A stretch of DNA of 63,716 bases, the filler included, from Octopus bimaculoides (taxonomy: Eukaryota): the NCBI RefSeq assembly GCF_001194135.2. It is 8 parts of 7 records of this genome, joined end to end, with 100 filler letters (N's around TTAATTAATTAA, not from the genome) between each part and the next. Parts side by side here need not be neighbours in the genome. Positions count along the whole stretch, not along the records: positions 1 to 20,854 come from NC_069002.1; 7 more parts are not named here. One strand, 5' to 3'. The number at the start of each line of letters is the position of its first letter. Position 1 is the stretch's first letter. This document shows positions 1-14,391 of the stretch, piece by piece. The notes beneath the pieces are model-generated. The model was not told the DNA's origin, searched no databases, and saw only the letters and a program-made list of their open reading frames with translations. The position numbers were made by a program, and so were the translations under genes.

Positions 1-110
1 TGGTGGTGCTGGTGGTGCTGGTGGTGGTGGTAGTGGTGGTGGTGGTGGTGACGAGGACTGGGTTGGTAGTGGTATTGGAGGTGGTGGTAGTGATGATGAT
101 GATGATGATG
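1..110. repeat. (TGG)n/(GAT)n compound microsatellite
   Basis: Directly visible trinucleotide runs. Confidence 0.9.
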
Positions 111-648
111 AAGCTTATATAATGATAAAAAAAAATAAATGCACCACTAAAATTCAAAATCTGAGAATCTAACCAATTGAAATAAAGCAAATCACAAAAA
201 AAAAATAATTAAATCAAATTGAATTAACGAATATAAATGTCCTGACAATTAATAATTACTCATTAGCAAGAAGTTTGGCTAATTAGTCTGAATGTTCCCT
301 GCAAAACATGTTTCTAACAATGTTTTTGGCTATCACTATTCCTCCGTGAAGAGTTCTTCAACAAAATTCAGGCATGAGTTTACCATTAATTAGCAAAAGA
401 AATGTCACTTTGCCAATCTGTTTGTCTTTGTTTTTCTTAACAATTGCATTTAAGCAGATAACTTTTGGTTATCTCTGTCCACCACCAATATTTCCGAGTC
501 CACAAAGTATTGCCCAGATATTCTGCTACACCATCAATATCGTATTACTAACCAATATCATTCTGTCACCACGTCCAGAAGCACTATAGATTCTGCCACC
601 AGCCTAAACATACATACATGAATACACACTCACACACATATTAATGTA

Positions 649-687
<39 letters not shown>

Positions 688-705
688 TATTTACATTAAT
701 ATTTA

Positions 706-829
706 GGCGCAGGTGTTGCTGTTTGGTAAGAAGTTTGCTTCCCAACAACAGGATTCCGGGCTCAGTCCCGTTTCATAACACCTTGAGCAAACGCCTTCTA
801 TCATAACCGCGGGCTGATCAACGCCTTGT
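706..829 (+). mobile_element. tRNA-derived SINE family A, 5' part (cut by gap)
   Basis: ggcgcagg..tggtaagaag..ccggg.tcagtccc head followed by accttgagcaa; matches copies at 19940, 23572, 24205. Confidence 0.75.
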
Positions 830-1699
830 NNNNNNNNNNNNNNNNNNNNNNNNNNNNNNNNNNNNNNNNNNNNNNNNNNNNNNNNNNNNNNNNNNNNNNN
901 NNNNNNNNNNNNNNNNNNNNNNNNNNNNNNNNNNNNNNNNNNNNNNNNNNNNNNNNNNNNNNNNNNNNNNNNNNNNNNNNNNNNNNNNNNNNNNNNNNNN
1001 NNNNNNNNNNNNNNNNNNNNNNNNNNNNNNNNNNNNNNNNNNNNNNNNNNNNNNNNNNNNNNNNNNNNNNNNNNNNNNNNNNNNNNNNNNNNNNNNNNNN
1101 NNNNNNNNNNNNNNNNNNNNNNNNNNNNNNNNNNNNNNNNNNNNNNNNNNNNNNNNNNNNNNNNNNNNNNNNNNNNNNNNNNNNNNNNNNNNNNNNNNNN
1201 NNNNNNNNNNNNNNNNNNNNNNNNNNNNNNNNNNNNNNNNNNNNNNNNNNNNNNNNNNNNNNNNNNNNNNNNNNNNNNNNNNNNNNNNNNNNNNNNNNNN
1301 NNNNNNNNNNNNNNNNNNNNNNNNNNNNNNNNNNNNNNNNNNNNNNNNNNNNNNNNNNNNNNNNNNNNNNNNNNNNNNNNNNNNNNNNNNNNNNNNNNNN
1401 NNNNNNNNNNNNNNNNNNNNNNNNNNNNNNNNNNNNNNNNNNNNNNNNNNNNNNNNNNNNNNNNNNNNNNNNNNNNNNNNNNNNNNNNNNNNNNNNNNNN
1501 NNNNNNNNNNNNNNNNNNNNNNNNNNNNNNNNNNNNNNNNNNNNNNNNATATATATTTGATAAAGGAAACGAAAAATGAATTTAGTATGAATCTTAATGG
1601 CTGGCATCAGGTAGCCCAAACAATGAATATGCTTTAATCAACATACTAAAAGACATATACCCAAAGTCTAAATAGTTACGTGTGTGCGCGTGTGTGTGT

Positions 1700-1845
1700 G
1701 TAAGTTACCTTGTGTCTATGTTCGGCCCCCTCCATCGCTTGTCCCAGTAACTTAGCGGTTCGGCCAAAGAAATCGATAGAATAATCTTTAAAAAAAAATA
1801 GACACTGGGGGTCGATACATTCGACTAAAATCAAAAGGCGGTGCA
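1700..1845 (+). mobile_element. SINE family A body/3' fragment
   Basis: gtaacttagcggttcggc..gatagaata..ggggtcgat..ggcggtgc shared with other copies. Confidence 0.7.
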
Positions 1846-1846
1846 T

Positions 1847-1883
1847 CTTCCCGGTGTGCTAACGATTTTGGCAGTTCGCCGCC

Positions 1884-1886
<3 letters not shown>
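1847..1886 (-). mobile_element. SINE family C head fragment
   Basis: Reverse complement aaggcggcgaactgccaaaatcgttagcacaccggg resembles the heads at 34059 and 56181. Confidence 0.5.
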
Positions 1887-1914
<28 letters not shown>

Positions 1915-1915
<1 letters not shown>

Positions 1916-2340
1916 TGCCATTGATCTCTCATAATCTGGTAATGTCTATTTAGTCAGGCCTTCCTTATGTGAATACACCACTGATACTACCAGTTCAATA
2001 ACAACAACTGGGAGTAGTCATTTAGATCACTAGAAATAGTAGCCAAATTTCTCTCAAATCAAACTTAACGAACTTAAATTCAACCCATCGGTGAATGTAA
2101 TCTCTAGATTTGTGAAAAGAAAAAGAAACAAAAACGAAAGTGTCATTGCCGGACATCTAGTAATAGTCGTGGCCGATCAGATATGACCTCTAGTTAGATA
2201 ACACCAAAAGGAATAATCAACACGTGACGTGAACGAATAGGGGAGCTAGAGTGTAGTCACATGATATGCTAGAAGGAGCAGCCAAATTCCCTCCAAATCA
2301 TTCATTTTTATAAAAGAATGGATACATAATGCAGTCTAGG
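1915..2340 (+). mobile_element. Two decayed copies of a further dispersed repeat (family D, probable SINE)
   Basis: ctagaaatagtagccaaatttctctcaaatc and ctagaaggagcagccaaattccctccaaatc; related motif at 14900 and 52470. Confidence 0.45.
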
Positions 2341-2760
2341 ATATAAAACAAAGCAAAGGAAAGTCATTAACAGAATATTTTGTATCATACTTAGACTCAG
2401 GTAGGCGTGAGATGGAGCTAAAAGCAATTGTAACGACAACAACAGCTACTACTACTACTACTACTACTGCTACTGCTGCCGATGCCGCCATTACTGCTAC
2501 TACAAAAGCAGGCAGTACGGGATACAATGTTTTATTATTTAGAAAGACGTAAAATGGAGAAATTAAAGCAGTTTTATGACGAGCGTCCAAATCACCCAAG
2601 AATTGAAACTAAACACTGGTTTCAAATAGTATTACCCCCATTTTTTATGAACGCTTGTATAACGAGCTGAAAGATATATATTTACACTCTATATGTGGTC
2701 TTTAAATACTGTGTGTAATCTATATATATATATAATGTACGTGTATATATATAATGTATG

Positions 2761-2804
<44 letters not shown>

Positions 2805-2916
2805 CATATATATACATGTGTCTATTTGCACACATATACATTTCATTGTATGACTGCTGATGTTATATTCACTTAGATTTATATATGACAATGTCTGAAT
2901 TGTTAGATTATGTAAG

Positions 2917-2959
<43 letters not shown>

Positions 2960-3341
2960 TCATACATACACACATACACACAACAGTGCGAAAGAGGGAA
3001 GATACAGACGCACACATAAATATGCCTATATTAGTATGGCGGGCTTTCTTTTGGCTAAAGTTATTAAATTTGTTTGTTTTTTATATCCTTTCTTATCGGT
3101 TTCGCATTGCTGGGTAATATCTAGAACATAAGATTGATAAATAGATATGTAGATGTTAGATAGATATAGACAGACAGACAGATACATAGATAGAGAGAGA
3201 GAGAGGGGGGAAACAGATAGATAGAAGGATAGATAGATAGATAGATAGATACGTAGGTAGGTAGGTAGGTATAGGTAAGTAGGTAAGTAGGTAGGTAGGT
3301 AGGTAGGTAGGTAGGTAGGTAGGTAGGTAGTTGGAGATATA

Positions 3342-3409
<68 letters not shown>

Positions 3410-3419
3410 CAGTGGTAGT

Positions 3420-3454
<35 letters not shown>

Positions 3455-3900
3455 GCAGACGTTTTGATTGATAATCTATAGTTTATGAGATAATGGATAT
3501 CAAAATAGGCCACCATTTTTATTATTTGTAATCACGTGATGCGTTCTGATCCAGACATTAAAAGCCCATATAAGTGCTGAAAATAAAAGGAAAGTGTAAA
3601 TCTAAAGTAACAATAAACAAGACCTATTAAAATTTTGGTTTCTATCAATATTTATAGCATTTCACTGGCGATACTAAACGGATGTATCAGCTGAACTACA
3701 ACACTAAGGCATACGTGTTGGTTTGTTTCTGTACATATGTATTTATGTGTTTGTAATGTATGTATTTGTGTGTGCACCTTTCTGTATCTATATATATACA
3801 TAATTGTGTGTGTGTGTGTATCTATCTATGTAGGTATGTACTTATGTATGCATACGAGTGTATGCATTATGTATGTATGTACCCAAATTCTTACCTAGCT

Positions 3901-3931
<31 letters not shown>

Positions 3932-4401
3932 NNNNNNNNNNNNNNNNNNNNNNNNNNNNNNNNNNNNNNNNNNNNNNNNNNNNNNNNNNNNNNNNNNNNN
4001 NNNNNNNNNNNNNNNNNNNNNNNNNNNNNNNNNNNNNNNNNNNNNNNNNNNNNNNNNNNNNNNNNNNNNNNNNNNNNNNNNNNNNNNNNNNNNNNNNNNN
4101 NNNNNNNNNNNNNNNNNNNNNNNNNNNNNNNNNNNNNNNNNNNNNNNNNNNNNNNNNNNNNNNNNNNNNNNNNNNNNNNNNNNNNNNNNNNNNNNNNNNN
4201 NNNNNNNNNNNNNNNNNNNNNNNNNNNNNNNNNNGTACAGACGTATGGATATACACATATAAGAGACATACATGTAAATATGCATATACAGACATAGACA
4301 TATGTAAATCTATATACATAAACGTATATGCATAAACATGTATACACATATACATATGAACATATACGCATATAAACATGCGCATATACATGTGTATACA
4401 T

Positions 4402-4454
<53 letters not shown>

Positions 4455-4514
4455 AAATATTATTATTATTAATATTATTATTATTATTACCATTATTATT
4501 ATTATTATTATTAC

Positions 4515-4581
<67 letters not shown>

Positions 4582-5016
4582 ATGATAGACTGGTTGTCCA
4601 AAGTATTCAAAGACGCATTATATAGTCTCAAACAACAAACCATATTCTTTATATGTTTCCTTCTCTTTTTTTCGAGTTGATAGTTCATAGAATCGCGATA
4701 GAATGGTTTGGTTGTGTTATCATTTTGTGGCCAATACTTCCCTTTCACCATTCACAGATAGTATACCAAGAAAACTTCAATAGTCAGTATTAAAACCTAC
4801 TTCAAGAAAGGCGATGCGATTATTTGGCGCTACGTAAATTATATTTATATAATATTTATGTATACATATATACATATACATATACACAAACACACACACA
4901 TATATATATATATATANNNNNNNNNNNNNNNNNNNNNNNNNNNNNNNNNNNNNNNNNNNNNNNNNNNNNNNNNNNNNNNNNNNNNNNNNNNNNNNNNNNN
5001 NNNNNNNNNNNNNNNN

Positions 5017-5049
<33 letters not shown>

Positions 5050-5645
5050 GTATACATATATATTTAAATATATATGCATATCTATATATACATATATACA
5101 CGCACACACGGATATGCATACATATGGAGTTGATTCGGTCGAGACGATGCCCCACCATAGTCGTAGTCCAATGATTGAAACAAGAAAAGATAAACATATG
5201 TGTGTAAGTGTGTGTATTACGCATGCCTGTATATGTATGTATATATGTATGTATGTAAGCATGTATGTATGTATGTATGCATGTATGTATGTATGTATGT
5301 AAGGCTTGCTCGATCGGGCTAGACCGTGGGCTCGGAAACAACAATGTCAGTGATAACGACAACAACGGCCGCATCAATTCTAGCTGTGTTTAAAATATGA
5401 ATACTTTCCTCAAAATAGCAGAAGATGGGAAAAACCTTTTGAATTTAAAGAATGGATTGTTCAGCAGACATTTCTAAATTTGACATTTAATTCTCAACGT
5501 TTTAAGTTAAGATTTGTGAGTTTCTATGAAAATGACCATTACAAATGTTTATATGTCTGTTGTACATTCTACTGTCAATTTAGAAATTTATAATCCTGTT
5601 TTGATTTTAAGAAAATATTTGTGCGTGTATATACGTAGATGTGTT

Positions 5646-5738
<93 letters not shown>

Positions 5739-5950
5739 AATACATACGCGCGCAAAGACACACACAATATACGTGCACAGAATCTGTGTATGTGTGTGCG
5801 TGTGTATATGTATGTGTAAAGGTAGGGAGAAAGAGGGAGAATGAGGGAGCCAGAGACAGAGAGCACGCTCTCTGTTGTAACATTAAGAGTAAATAATATC
5901 AAAAAGCATCAATAACTACAACAACGAAACAACAACACCAAACGATAATG

Positions 5951-6021
<71 letters not shown>

Positions 6022-6749
6022 TTACTAAAGGTCATCGGTAAAATGTTAGATAAAAATCTGTAAATAACTGGAATCCTAACAAAAGCATCTCGTCATGTTT
6101 AACATGTCTGCCAAGGCTGTTATAGAGGGTGAGGTCGTTACTTTTAACTTATTCCAAAATAGAAACACTATTTCAGTAGATTCCGCCGTTTAGCTAAGTC
6201 CATGCTGGAGCAACGCTTTCAAAGATTTTTCAGGAAATGACTTTTTAATCTTTTGCTCTTCTTGTTCTTTGATTTGCGTTAGTAAAAAGGATTCCAGCAA
6301 TATTGGAGAACCGCCTCTTACGCTGCGTCGAACAAATCGACTCTGGTACTTGTTTTTATGATTGATATTTATTCTAACGGTCTCTTTTGGCGAAACGTTA
6401 AATCGGTGTCTCCCAGCCGAGGTCTATGTCGCCCTTAATGATCCATATACGATTTTCTTCTTAAAATGTATGCCCAATAAATTAGTTTTACTTTTACAAT
6501 GCGCAAAATATTTTAACAATTTTTATATACAATTCCTAATAATAATTAATTATAAAAATAAAGAACTTTTTTTTAAAATCGAATGGCTATGAGAGTCCAC
6601 CCGAATAAGATAGGGATCGATGGGAAAAAAAGCTGTCATACACACACACACATGCATACACATTCCATGGGGAAACATGGTTGAGAATTACAGCGCTAAG
6701 TGAATGCGGGTATGTAAATAAAACAACCACTTGTTAAACAGAGGGGGCC

Positions 6750-6905
6750 AGGCGTGGATGTGTATTAAGGAGCTTACTTCTTAACTACATAGTTCTGACT
6801 TTGTCTCACTGGGTGGCACCTTGGGCAAGTGTCTTTTACTATAGCCTCGGGCCGACCAAAGAATTGTAAATGCATTTGGCAGACGGAAACTGAAAGAAAC
6901 CATTT
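6750..6905 (+). mobile_element. SINE family A 5' half
   Basis: ggcaccttgggcaagtgtcttttactatagcctcgggccgaccaaag..gacggaaactgaaagaa, followed by (GT)n. Confidence 0.85.
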
Positions 6906-6924
6906 TTGTATGTATGTGTGGATA

Positions 6925-7022
<98 letters not shown>

Positions 7023-7961
7023 TGTATGTGCTGTTTATGCGTGTGTATGATTAAAATGTCTTCTAAAAATCAAGAAATGTTTTAATTTAGCTAAATTTCA
7101 CTGAATCAATGAGCATTTATTATGTCCGTTATCGTCCGGTGTCTGTTGTAAGACGCGTGATGGCTGCTGGAGTTCGTCTTGTTATGGTCATGTTGGAGAA
7201 CCCAACACGCACACAGACATACACACACACACATGCACACACACACACACACACACACACATACGCACACATACACACACACACGCAAACAAAGCCTGTC
7301 TGTACGTGTGTGCGTATCTGTGCTTTTATGTATACATACATGAATATATATATATGCATACACATCTGTTTTATATATATAAATAGAGACATATATGTGT
7401 GTACGTGTGTGTATTATACATATATATTATGCATATGTCTATATACCTCTTCATGTATGTATATAAATATATATATTTATATATAGTTATATATATTATA
7501 TATTATACATGTATATACGTATATATGTGCATATGTATTTGTATGTGTCTATGTTTGTGTATGTATGTATTACTGGATATACATACATTGGGATCGGTCT
7601 TCAGGTTGGAAAATATGACTACAAATCATTAGATTTCCTGTGTGTATATATTTTAGTTTCTTAAACGTGACAACAGAAAAAGATAGTTAAGTTTGTATTG
7701 GCGCCTGTTTTGTATATGTATTTCTGTCACTCCCTCTTTCTCTCTCGCTCTGCATTCTTCCTCACTCTCCCTTCTCCTCCCTCCATTCTTCTCTCTCCCA
7801 TCCCCCTTCGCTCTCCTTCTATCTCTCTCTTCCCATTTCTCACTCTCAGTCCCTCTCTTCCTCTCTCCTTCTCTCTCTTTTTGCGTGTGCGCATTTACGT
7901 ACACATGAAAGCATACGTTTGTAAATATATAGAAATATATACACATAGATTGACATATATG

Positions 7962-8042
<81 letters not shown>

Positions 8043-8154
8043 TCGTACATACATACATTCGAGAATCTAAACATACATACATACATACATAAATATATAG
8101 ACATACCTATATGCATACAGTCGTACATACCCACATACAAGCATATTTACATAG

Positions 8155-8227
<73 letters not shown>

Positions 8228-8991
8228 TATAGACATACATTCATATATACCTACCTACCTACCTACCTACATACATACATACTTACATACATACATACAT
8301 AAATACATACATACAAACATACACACATACATACATACATGCATTCATGCATGCATGCATACATACATACATACATACATACATACATACATGCATACAT
8401 ACATACATACATACGTACGTACATACATACGAATTCTGTCTGAAACCTTTTACCAAACAAACGTCTTGTGTCACAGTAAAGGAAATTAATAAATGTCTAT
8501 TTAAAAAAAAAAAAGAACAGATTTCTGAAAGAATAAACCAGTAAATATACAATAGATTTATAGAAGACGGTGGGTAGGAATAGATGGAGAAGAGAAAGAT
8601 GGAATGGGACAGAAGGAGAGAAGGAAGGAAAGGTAAGAAGGACATGGAGGAATCTATAGAAGAGAAAGAGGAAAAGAGGGAAAGAAAGAAACAAAGAAAG
8701 AGTTGAAGAGAGAGAGAGAGTGAGAGTGAACAGCACACAAAAATAGATACTGAATTATCATTGGATGAACATAACTGAAAAATGTCGGTTCTTTTTTTTT
8801 TATTTAAAACATATTTTTTCATTATACCTTTTTTTTTGTATTGTGTTTGTGTGTACGTATGTATACATGTTTATCATATATTGATATAAATATATTGAGA
8901 ATACATAGAGAAAAATATTTATGTATGTCTGGGCATTATATATATTCACACACACACAAACACACACACACACGCACGCACAGACACACTC

Positions 8992-9196
8992 TTTTATTCT
9001 TTTACTTGCTTCAGTCATTTGACTACGGCCATACTGGAGCACCGCCTTTAGTTGAACGACTTGACCCCAGGACTTATTCTATCGGTCTCTTTAGCCGAAC
9101 CGGTAAGTTATGGGGACATAAATACGCCAACATCGGTTGTCAAGCAATGGTGGGGGCCAACGACGGGCTTCTTTCAGTTTCCTCTACCAAATCCAC
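8992..9196 (-). mobile_element. SINE family A 3' half
   Basis: ttcagtcatttgactacggccatactggagcaccgcc..gccgaacc..taagtta shared with 37190-37534. Confidence 0.85.
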
Positions 9197-9521
9197 ATGC
9201 GCTGACACATACGTACTCATTAAATTAAATCCGGATTTGTCATTGCAGTAACACACGTATTTACAAGTACTGACAGAATACACAACGTGTAATCTAAGTC
9301 ACACAAGGTTACACACGTATTCGACATTTCCAACCGTTTCGATTTGGAGTGTACATAATATATAGATAGATAAATAGATAGATAGTTAGATGCATATATG
9401 CATACATACATATGCATATATATTTATATATATACATATATATGCATATATATATATATATANNNNNNNNNNNNNNNNNNNNNNNNNNNNNNNNNNNNNN
9501 NNNNNNNNNNNNNNNNNNNNN

Positions 9522-9589
<68 letters not shown>

Positions 9590-9954
9590 TGTGGGAACGA
9601 TAAAATTTATCTGACACCCCAAAATAAAATACAACAAAAATATCAGGATACGCAAAGCTATCATGAGTTTTAAATTTCATGATATTCTTAACGTCAATAA
9701 TCCACACAAACTAGATTTACCTGGATTACTGACAATATCGAGTAAACATATTAAGTGTATTATAGACATTGTGTATTTTATAGAATTCTTATACTTTATG
9801 TATTAGATTTATGCTCAGCTATATTATATTAATATCTATATTACATATTACTTTTCGAAGAAACATCTTTTAGGCTATTGTAGATTTAGTTTATATTTTA
9901 GAACGATTGCTATTATACATATATATGTTATGTGGTTATTTAGAATATTTAGAA

Positions 9955-10258
9955 AGCGAAGGCTCGTGGCTTTATTGGGCTATTCGACACACGATCGTAA
10001 AGTTACGTCTTCGATTCTTGGATGCGTGGCGTGTCCTTGAGCAGGACACTTTATTTCACCTTGCTCCAGTTCGCTCAGCTAGGAAAATAAGTAGCACCTG
10101 TATTTCAAATTGCCAACGTTATCACATTCTGTGTCACGCCGACTGTCCCTGACAACTACGTTAACGGTTGGCAAACGTGTCAGTGGAATTCTCGGCCACT
10201 TGCACGTTAGTTTCACGAGCAGGCTGTTCCGTTGATCGGATCACCTAGAACCCTCATC
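9955..10258 (+). mobile_element. tRNA-derived SINE with CORE-like centre and family-B 3' module
   Basis: gtgtccttgagcaggacactttatttcac centre; 3' part ccacttgcacgttagtttcacgagcaggctgttccgttgatcggatca nearly identical to the 16672 copy. Confidence 0.75.
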
Positions 10259-10309
10259 CCAGCCAGGGATTGACTACAATCCTCAGCGTCTTCATATGGC
10301 CGGCTGAAT

Positions 10310-10523
10310 TCATCCTAAGGCTCTATTCAATGATGTAGGCATGAACCTCGGCGTGTGGACGCAGTCAAATCGCCTCCACTGTATGTTCCAAATGGCCACG
10401 GTTTCGTAGTATCCATTGTAGTTGTCCATGTCACAGCTTACGACTTTTACAGCGTCGACAGACCATTGAGCAACGGTGATGATGTGGGCATTTTGATACC
10501 CGGCGCGAATCATCATGATGCAG
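10310..10523. other. Unique GC-richer island, possible exon or pseudo-exon, open on both strands
   Basis: CAG|GTAATT donor at 10523/10524 coincides with a switch to AT-rich DNA; ORFs 10355-10573(+) and 10310-10516(-). Confidence 0.3.
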
Positions 10524-10844
10524 GTAATTTTTATTCAATATTCAGTTGTGTTCCAGTCTTTAATATCAGCTAACTTTTTCTCAACTACAACTTTAGTGTT
10601 TATGCTCTTCAACGCCGTTGTATATATTTGCTAATTTCTTTGTTCATTTATAATTTCACCTGTGCTATATGAATACATAATGTGTCTTTAGAGTTAGTTT
10701 TGACTTCTATATGTAGCATGGTGATACCACTCCAGTATCCTTAATTATAATTATATTTATATAATTATATATCGATAGTAATTATTACCTATACGGTGTT
10801 TTTTCCATACTGGCTACTTGATTATTTTAAATAATGGTCTTATT

Positions 10845-10877
<33 letters not shown>

Positions 10878-11144
10878 NNNNNNNNNNNNNNNNNNNNNNN
10901 NNNNNNNNNNNNNNNNNNNNNNNNNNNNNNNNNNNNNNNNNNNNNNNNNNNNNNNNNNNNNNNNNNNNNNNNNNNNNNNNNNNNNNNNNNNNNNNNNNNN
11001 NNNNNNNNNNNNNNNNNNNNNNNNNNNNNNNNNNNNNNNNNNNNNNNNNNNNNNNNNNNNNNNNNNNNNNNNNNNNNNNNNNNNNNNNNNNNNNNNNNNN
11101 NNNNNNNNNNNNNNNNNNNNNNNNNNNNNNNNNNNNNNNNNNNN

Positions 11145-11179
<35 letters not shown>

Positions 11180-11229
11180 CTGTACCAACCAGATTGTCGA
11201 ATGTTGTCATACATCACTGATCACAATGC

Positions 11230-11340
11230 ACTTCCAAAATCGTCTAACCGAATTGCCTTCCCATCGTTGTGGAAGCCCTCCAAGTGACTTTTTCTTTTGC
11301 GATCTCGGCAACTTCAGGGAGTCTACCTATTGTCCGTGAA
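11230..11340 (+). mobile_element. Highly decayed Tc1/mariner-type transposase C-terminal fragment
   Basis: Translation ..GSPPSDFFFCDLGNFRESTY resembles the SPDLxPxDFFLWG.LK..VY motif. Confidence 0.35.
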
Positions 11341-11399
11341 TCTTGAAGTGAGGTCGGTCTAAAGAGATGTATGGAGACGAATGAATTTCTGGAGTCATA

Positions 11400-12600
11400 C
11401 GATTAACATCAAGTTGTCTATATTTTAACGTTTACCTGAAACTTTTGATCTACTCTATTAATTTTTAACACTTGTTACAAAAACTCTTTTTTTGTATTTT
11501 TATGAATTATATATCCTCAAGTTCTTTGTGATATTTCATAACAATATTTTATAAAAACATTCTCTGATGAAATTAATATCTCTGTCATAGTAATGTCTCG
11601 ATTTAATTTATTTCATCCTTTTCTCTGTTTTTTTTATTGTGTATTATCTTATATCCCTGTAAACGCTAAAATATATATTTTTAAATTCACTACTTTCGGA
11701 TAACTCATAGACAATCATTATTTCGTATTTTCTAAATACTTTCTTTTCTCTTTTTATTTATATGTTTATTTTCTATTTTATTTTATTTATATTTTGTCAT
11801 TTTGTCATTTTTATTTATACCTCTATTTTTTTATTTTGTTGTATTTATAGATTTTCAACTCCATATATTTGAACCCCCAATTCTAAATATTTTACTATAT
11901 TTTTATAATAGCTTTATGCAGCTATCTATTATTTGAACCTCAAATGTCTCCATTCAAAATTTACGAATATATTATTGGAATTTATCACCACTTCACATTT
12001 TATCGGAGCTTAATTCACTTTAACTTACTTTATATAATCATCACTATTCCATTATATTCATAAATCTTTACAAATCTCATAACAGAATCCAATCGTTACC
12101 TTTAAAACTACTGCCTGACAATATCATTTCAATTTACTTGATTATAAGCAACCTCATCTTTCAAAAAATCTCTAAGCTATCATAATTTTGAGATATTTTT
12201 TAACAAATTAATCTTGTTTTATTCAAATCATTTTATCCTTCCATCCATTATTCAGATTGTCTCATCGTTTTACGAGTTAAGTTCTTTTTCTTCCAAAATC
12301 CTGAAACAATAATATATCTTTATTTCTAATTATCAAATTAGTATAAATGAATTACTTCCCTTTAAATACCTTCGTAGGCGATGCACCAACACGAAACCAA
12401 TAGAGTTATTCACATATACCCATGATCTGTTTTTACAATGTTTAAACCAACTACATCTCTTTAGAACCATATTAAATTAAACCATAATTATAGTTTTAAC
12501 AGCTCACCAACATGACATTTCGCTTTAACTTCCATTTTTAACCTATTCTCCATGCACTCTTCACTCTCCCCTCTTCATATTTACATCTTTATATTATCAT
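11400..12600 (-). mobile_element. Possible very old Penelope-like element N-terminal relic
   Basis: Broken minus-strand peptides VKAKCHVGELLKL and KYLELGVQI resemble PLE ORF motifs (KAxxHxxFL, LxLGxKF); many stops. Confidence 0.3.
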
Positions 12601-13539
12601 GGTATAAAGATATGTGTGTGTGGATGTGTATGTATGTTTACATATATGTGTATTGGCGCCAGCAAAGTTGAGCAGTAACAATGGCAATTTACGCGAAACT
12701 GCTACGATATTTCGCATCATTGACTGACGAGAAACACTCAGCTGCAAATATTCTGTGTATCATGTCTTTATCTAATTTCTCGTCCGTTAAGTTTTCGTCT
12801 AGTTTCTCGTTTGCTCTGCTTTCGTCTAACTTCTCCTCGTTCTATTCTTTCGGTTCGACTTTTATTCATACATCGTTTTCTATTCGCGAGTTCGGTCGTT
12901 GTTTCTATCACCGCTTGTCGATTTCATAATCGCTTTATCGTTTTCTGGTGTCGTTTACCTGTTTACCTGGTTATCCGCCAATTACGTGATTCTATTCAGT
13001 TTTACTATAGTTATTTATCTATCATTTCTCATTGGCCCATCCAGTGGCCTTCTTGTCTCTGTTTCCCTATCATGTCACCATACCCTCTTTCCTTAAATGC
13101 TATTTTCTCTCCTTATTACATTGCTATATTACATTTGATCTTGAAAATGTCGTTTTTATATACTTTGTGCGCGCAAATTGTATTTTATGGATTGTGTTTC
13201 TAGCTTGTCACATTGGTGGATGCTTGGGCCGTTTGCATGTATATATTTATATCTGTGAACATATATATAGTTATATATACATACGCACACACACTCATAC
13301 ATATTTGCATATACATACATACACACACACTCACATATACTCACACACACACATACAAAACGCGTCATAGAGAAAAACAAAATGTAAAACGAAAAATGTA
13401 GAACCCGATAAAGCTTCTTTAACGTTCAAATGGAAAGAAAAACTACGTTTAACGTTTCGGATGTTAGTTTGTCTTCTGAAAGAAAACAAGGTACAGGAGA
13501 AACATAGGAAGAGAGACACAAAGAGAGAGAGAGACAGAC

Positions 13540-13604
<65 letters not shown>

Positions 13605-14330
13605 CAGAGAGAGACAGACAGACAGAGAGAGAGGGGGGAGAGTGAAAAAGTGAGAGAGAGAGAGAGGGAGAGAGAAAAGTGGTGAGAAGAATCCTTTAGA
13701 AAAAGAAAATGAGGAGGGATAAGAGGTGGTCATACCGCGAGAAATACCATGCTATGGCGTGGGGTTAAAAGCGGTGGTTTGGATAAGTGCGTATGTGGTT
13801 GTAGTAGAAAAAGAGACATACCTGGGCGGAAAACAACCACTTATATGCTTATACATGTGTAATGGTGGTGTTGATGGTTGTGATGATCGTGGTAGAGATA
13901 TTGTTGGAAGTGGTACTGGCGGTGATTATGGTAGCGGTGCTGCTGGAAATGGTTGTAATGGCGGTGTTATTATTGGATGTGACGATGGTGGCGGCAATGT
14001 TTTTTTCTTTTTTATTTAAGCCCCAGGACACCTCAGAGTGATTGACAAATGGTGTTCCCACTATAGTTATGTCCACCGCCCTATTTGCTATTCTTTCTAG
14101 CAGGTCGAGGACAGACACATTGAGCCTGCCTCTGATTGATTGATTTTGTGTTTGCTTGTTTTCGCTTTTTTTCTTTGCTTTTTTTTCTATCTTTGTTCAC
14201 ACTGCTAAACTGGCAGAGCTGGAAAATGTCAATAAACTACATTCCATTTGGTCTCAGGAGTAAACAGAATTTACAATGATAGTTTTTATGTCCTATTTCT
14301 TGCTTATTGATCGCTATAATATATATATAT

Positions 14331-14391
<61 letters not shown>

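Noticed and set aside
553-603. 51-nt minus-strand mini-exon AGGRIYSASGRGDRMIL
   Set aside because: Weak acceptor context and no recognisable homology
12695-12740. GAAA...CTGACGA order suggesting a type II hammerhead
   Set aside because: Helices I, II and III cannot be formed
13445-13490. Minus-strand CAGAAGA..CCGAAACGTT hammerhead-like motif
   Set aside because: The core is mutated and helix II does not pair; possibly a decayed Penelope terminal repeat
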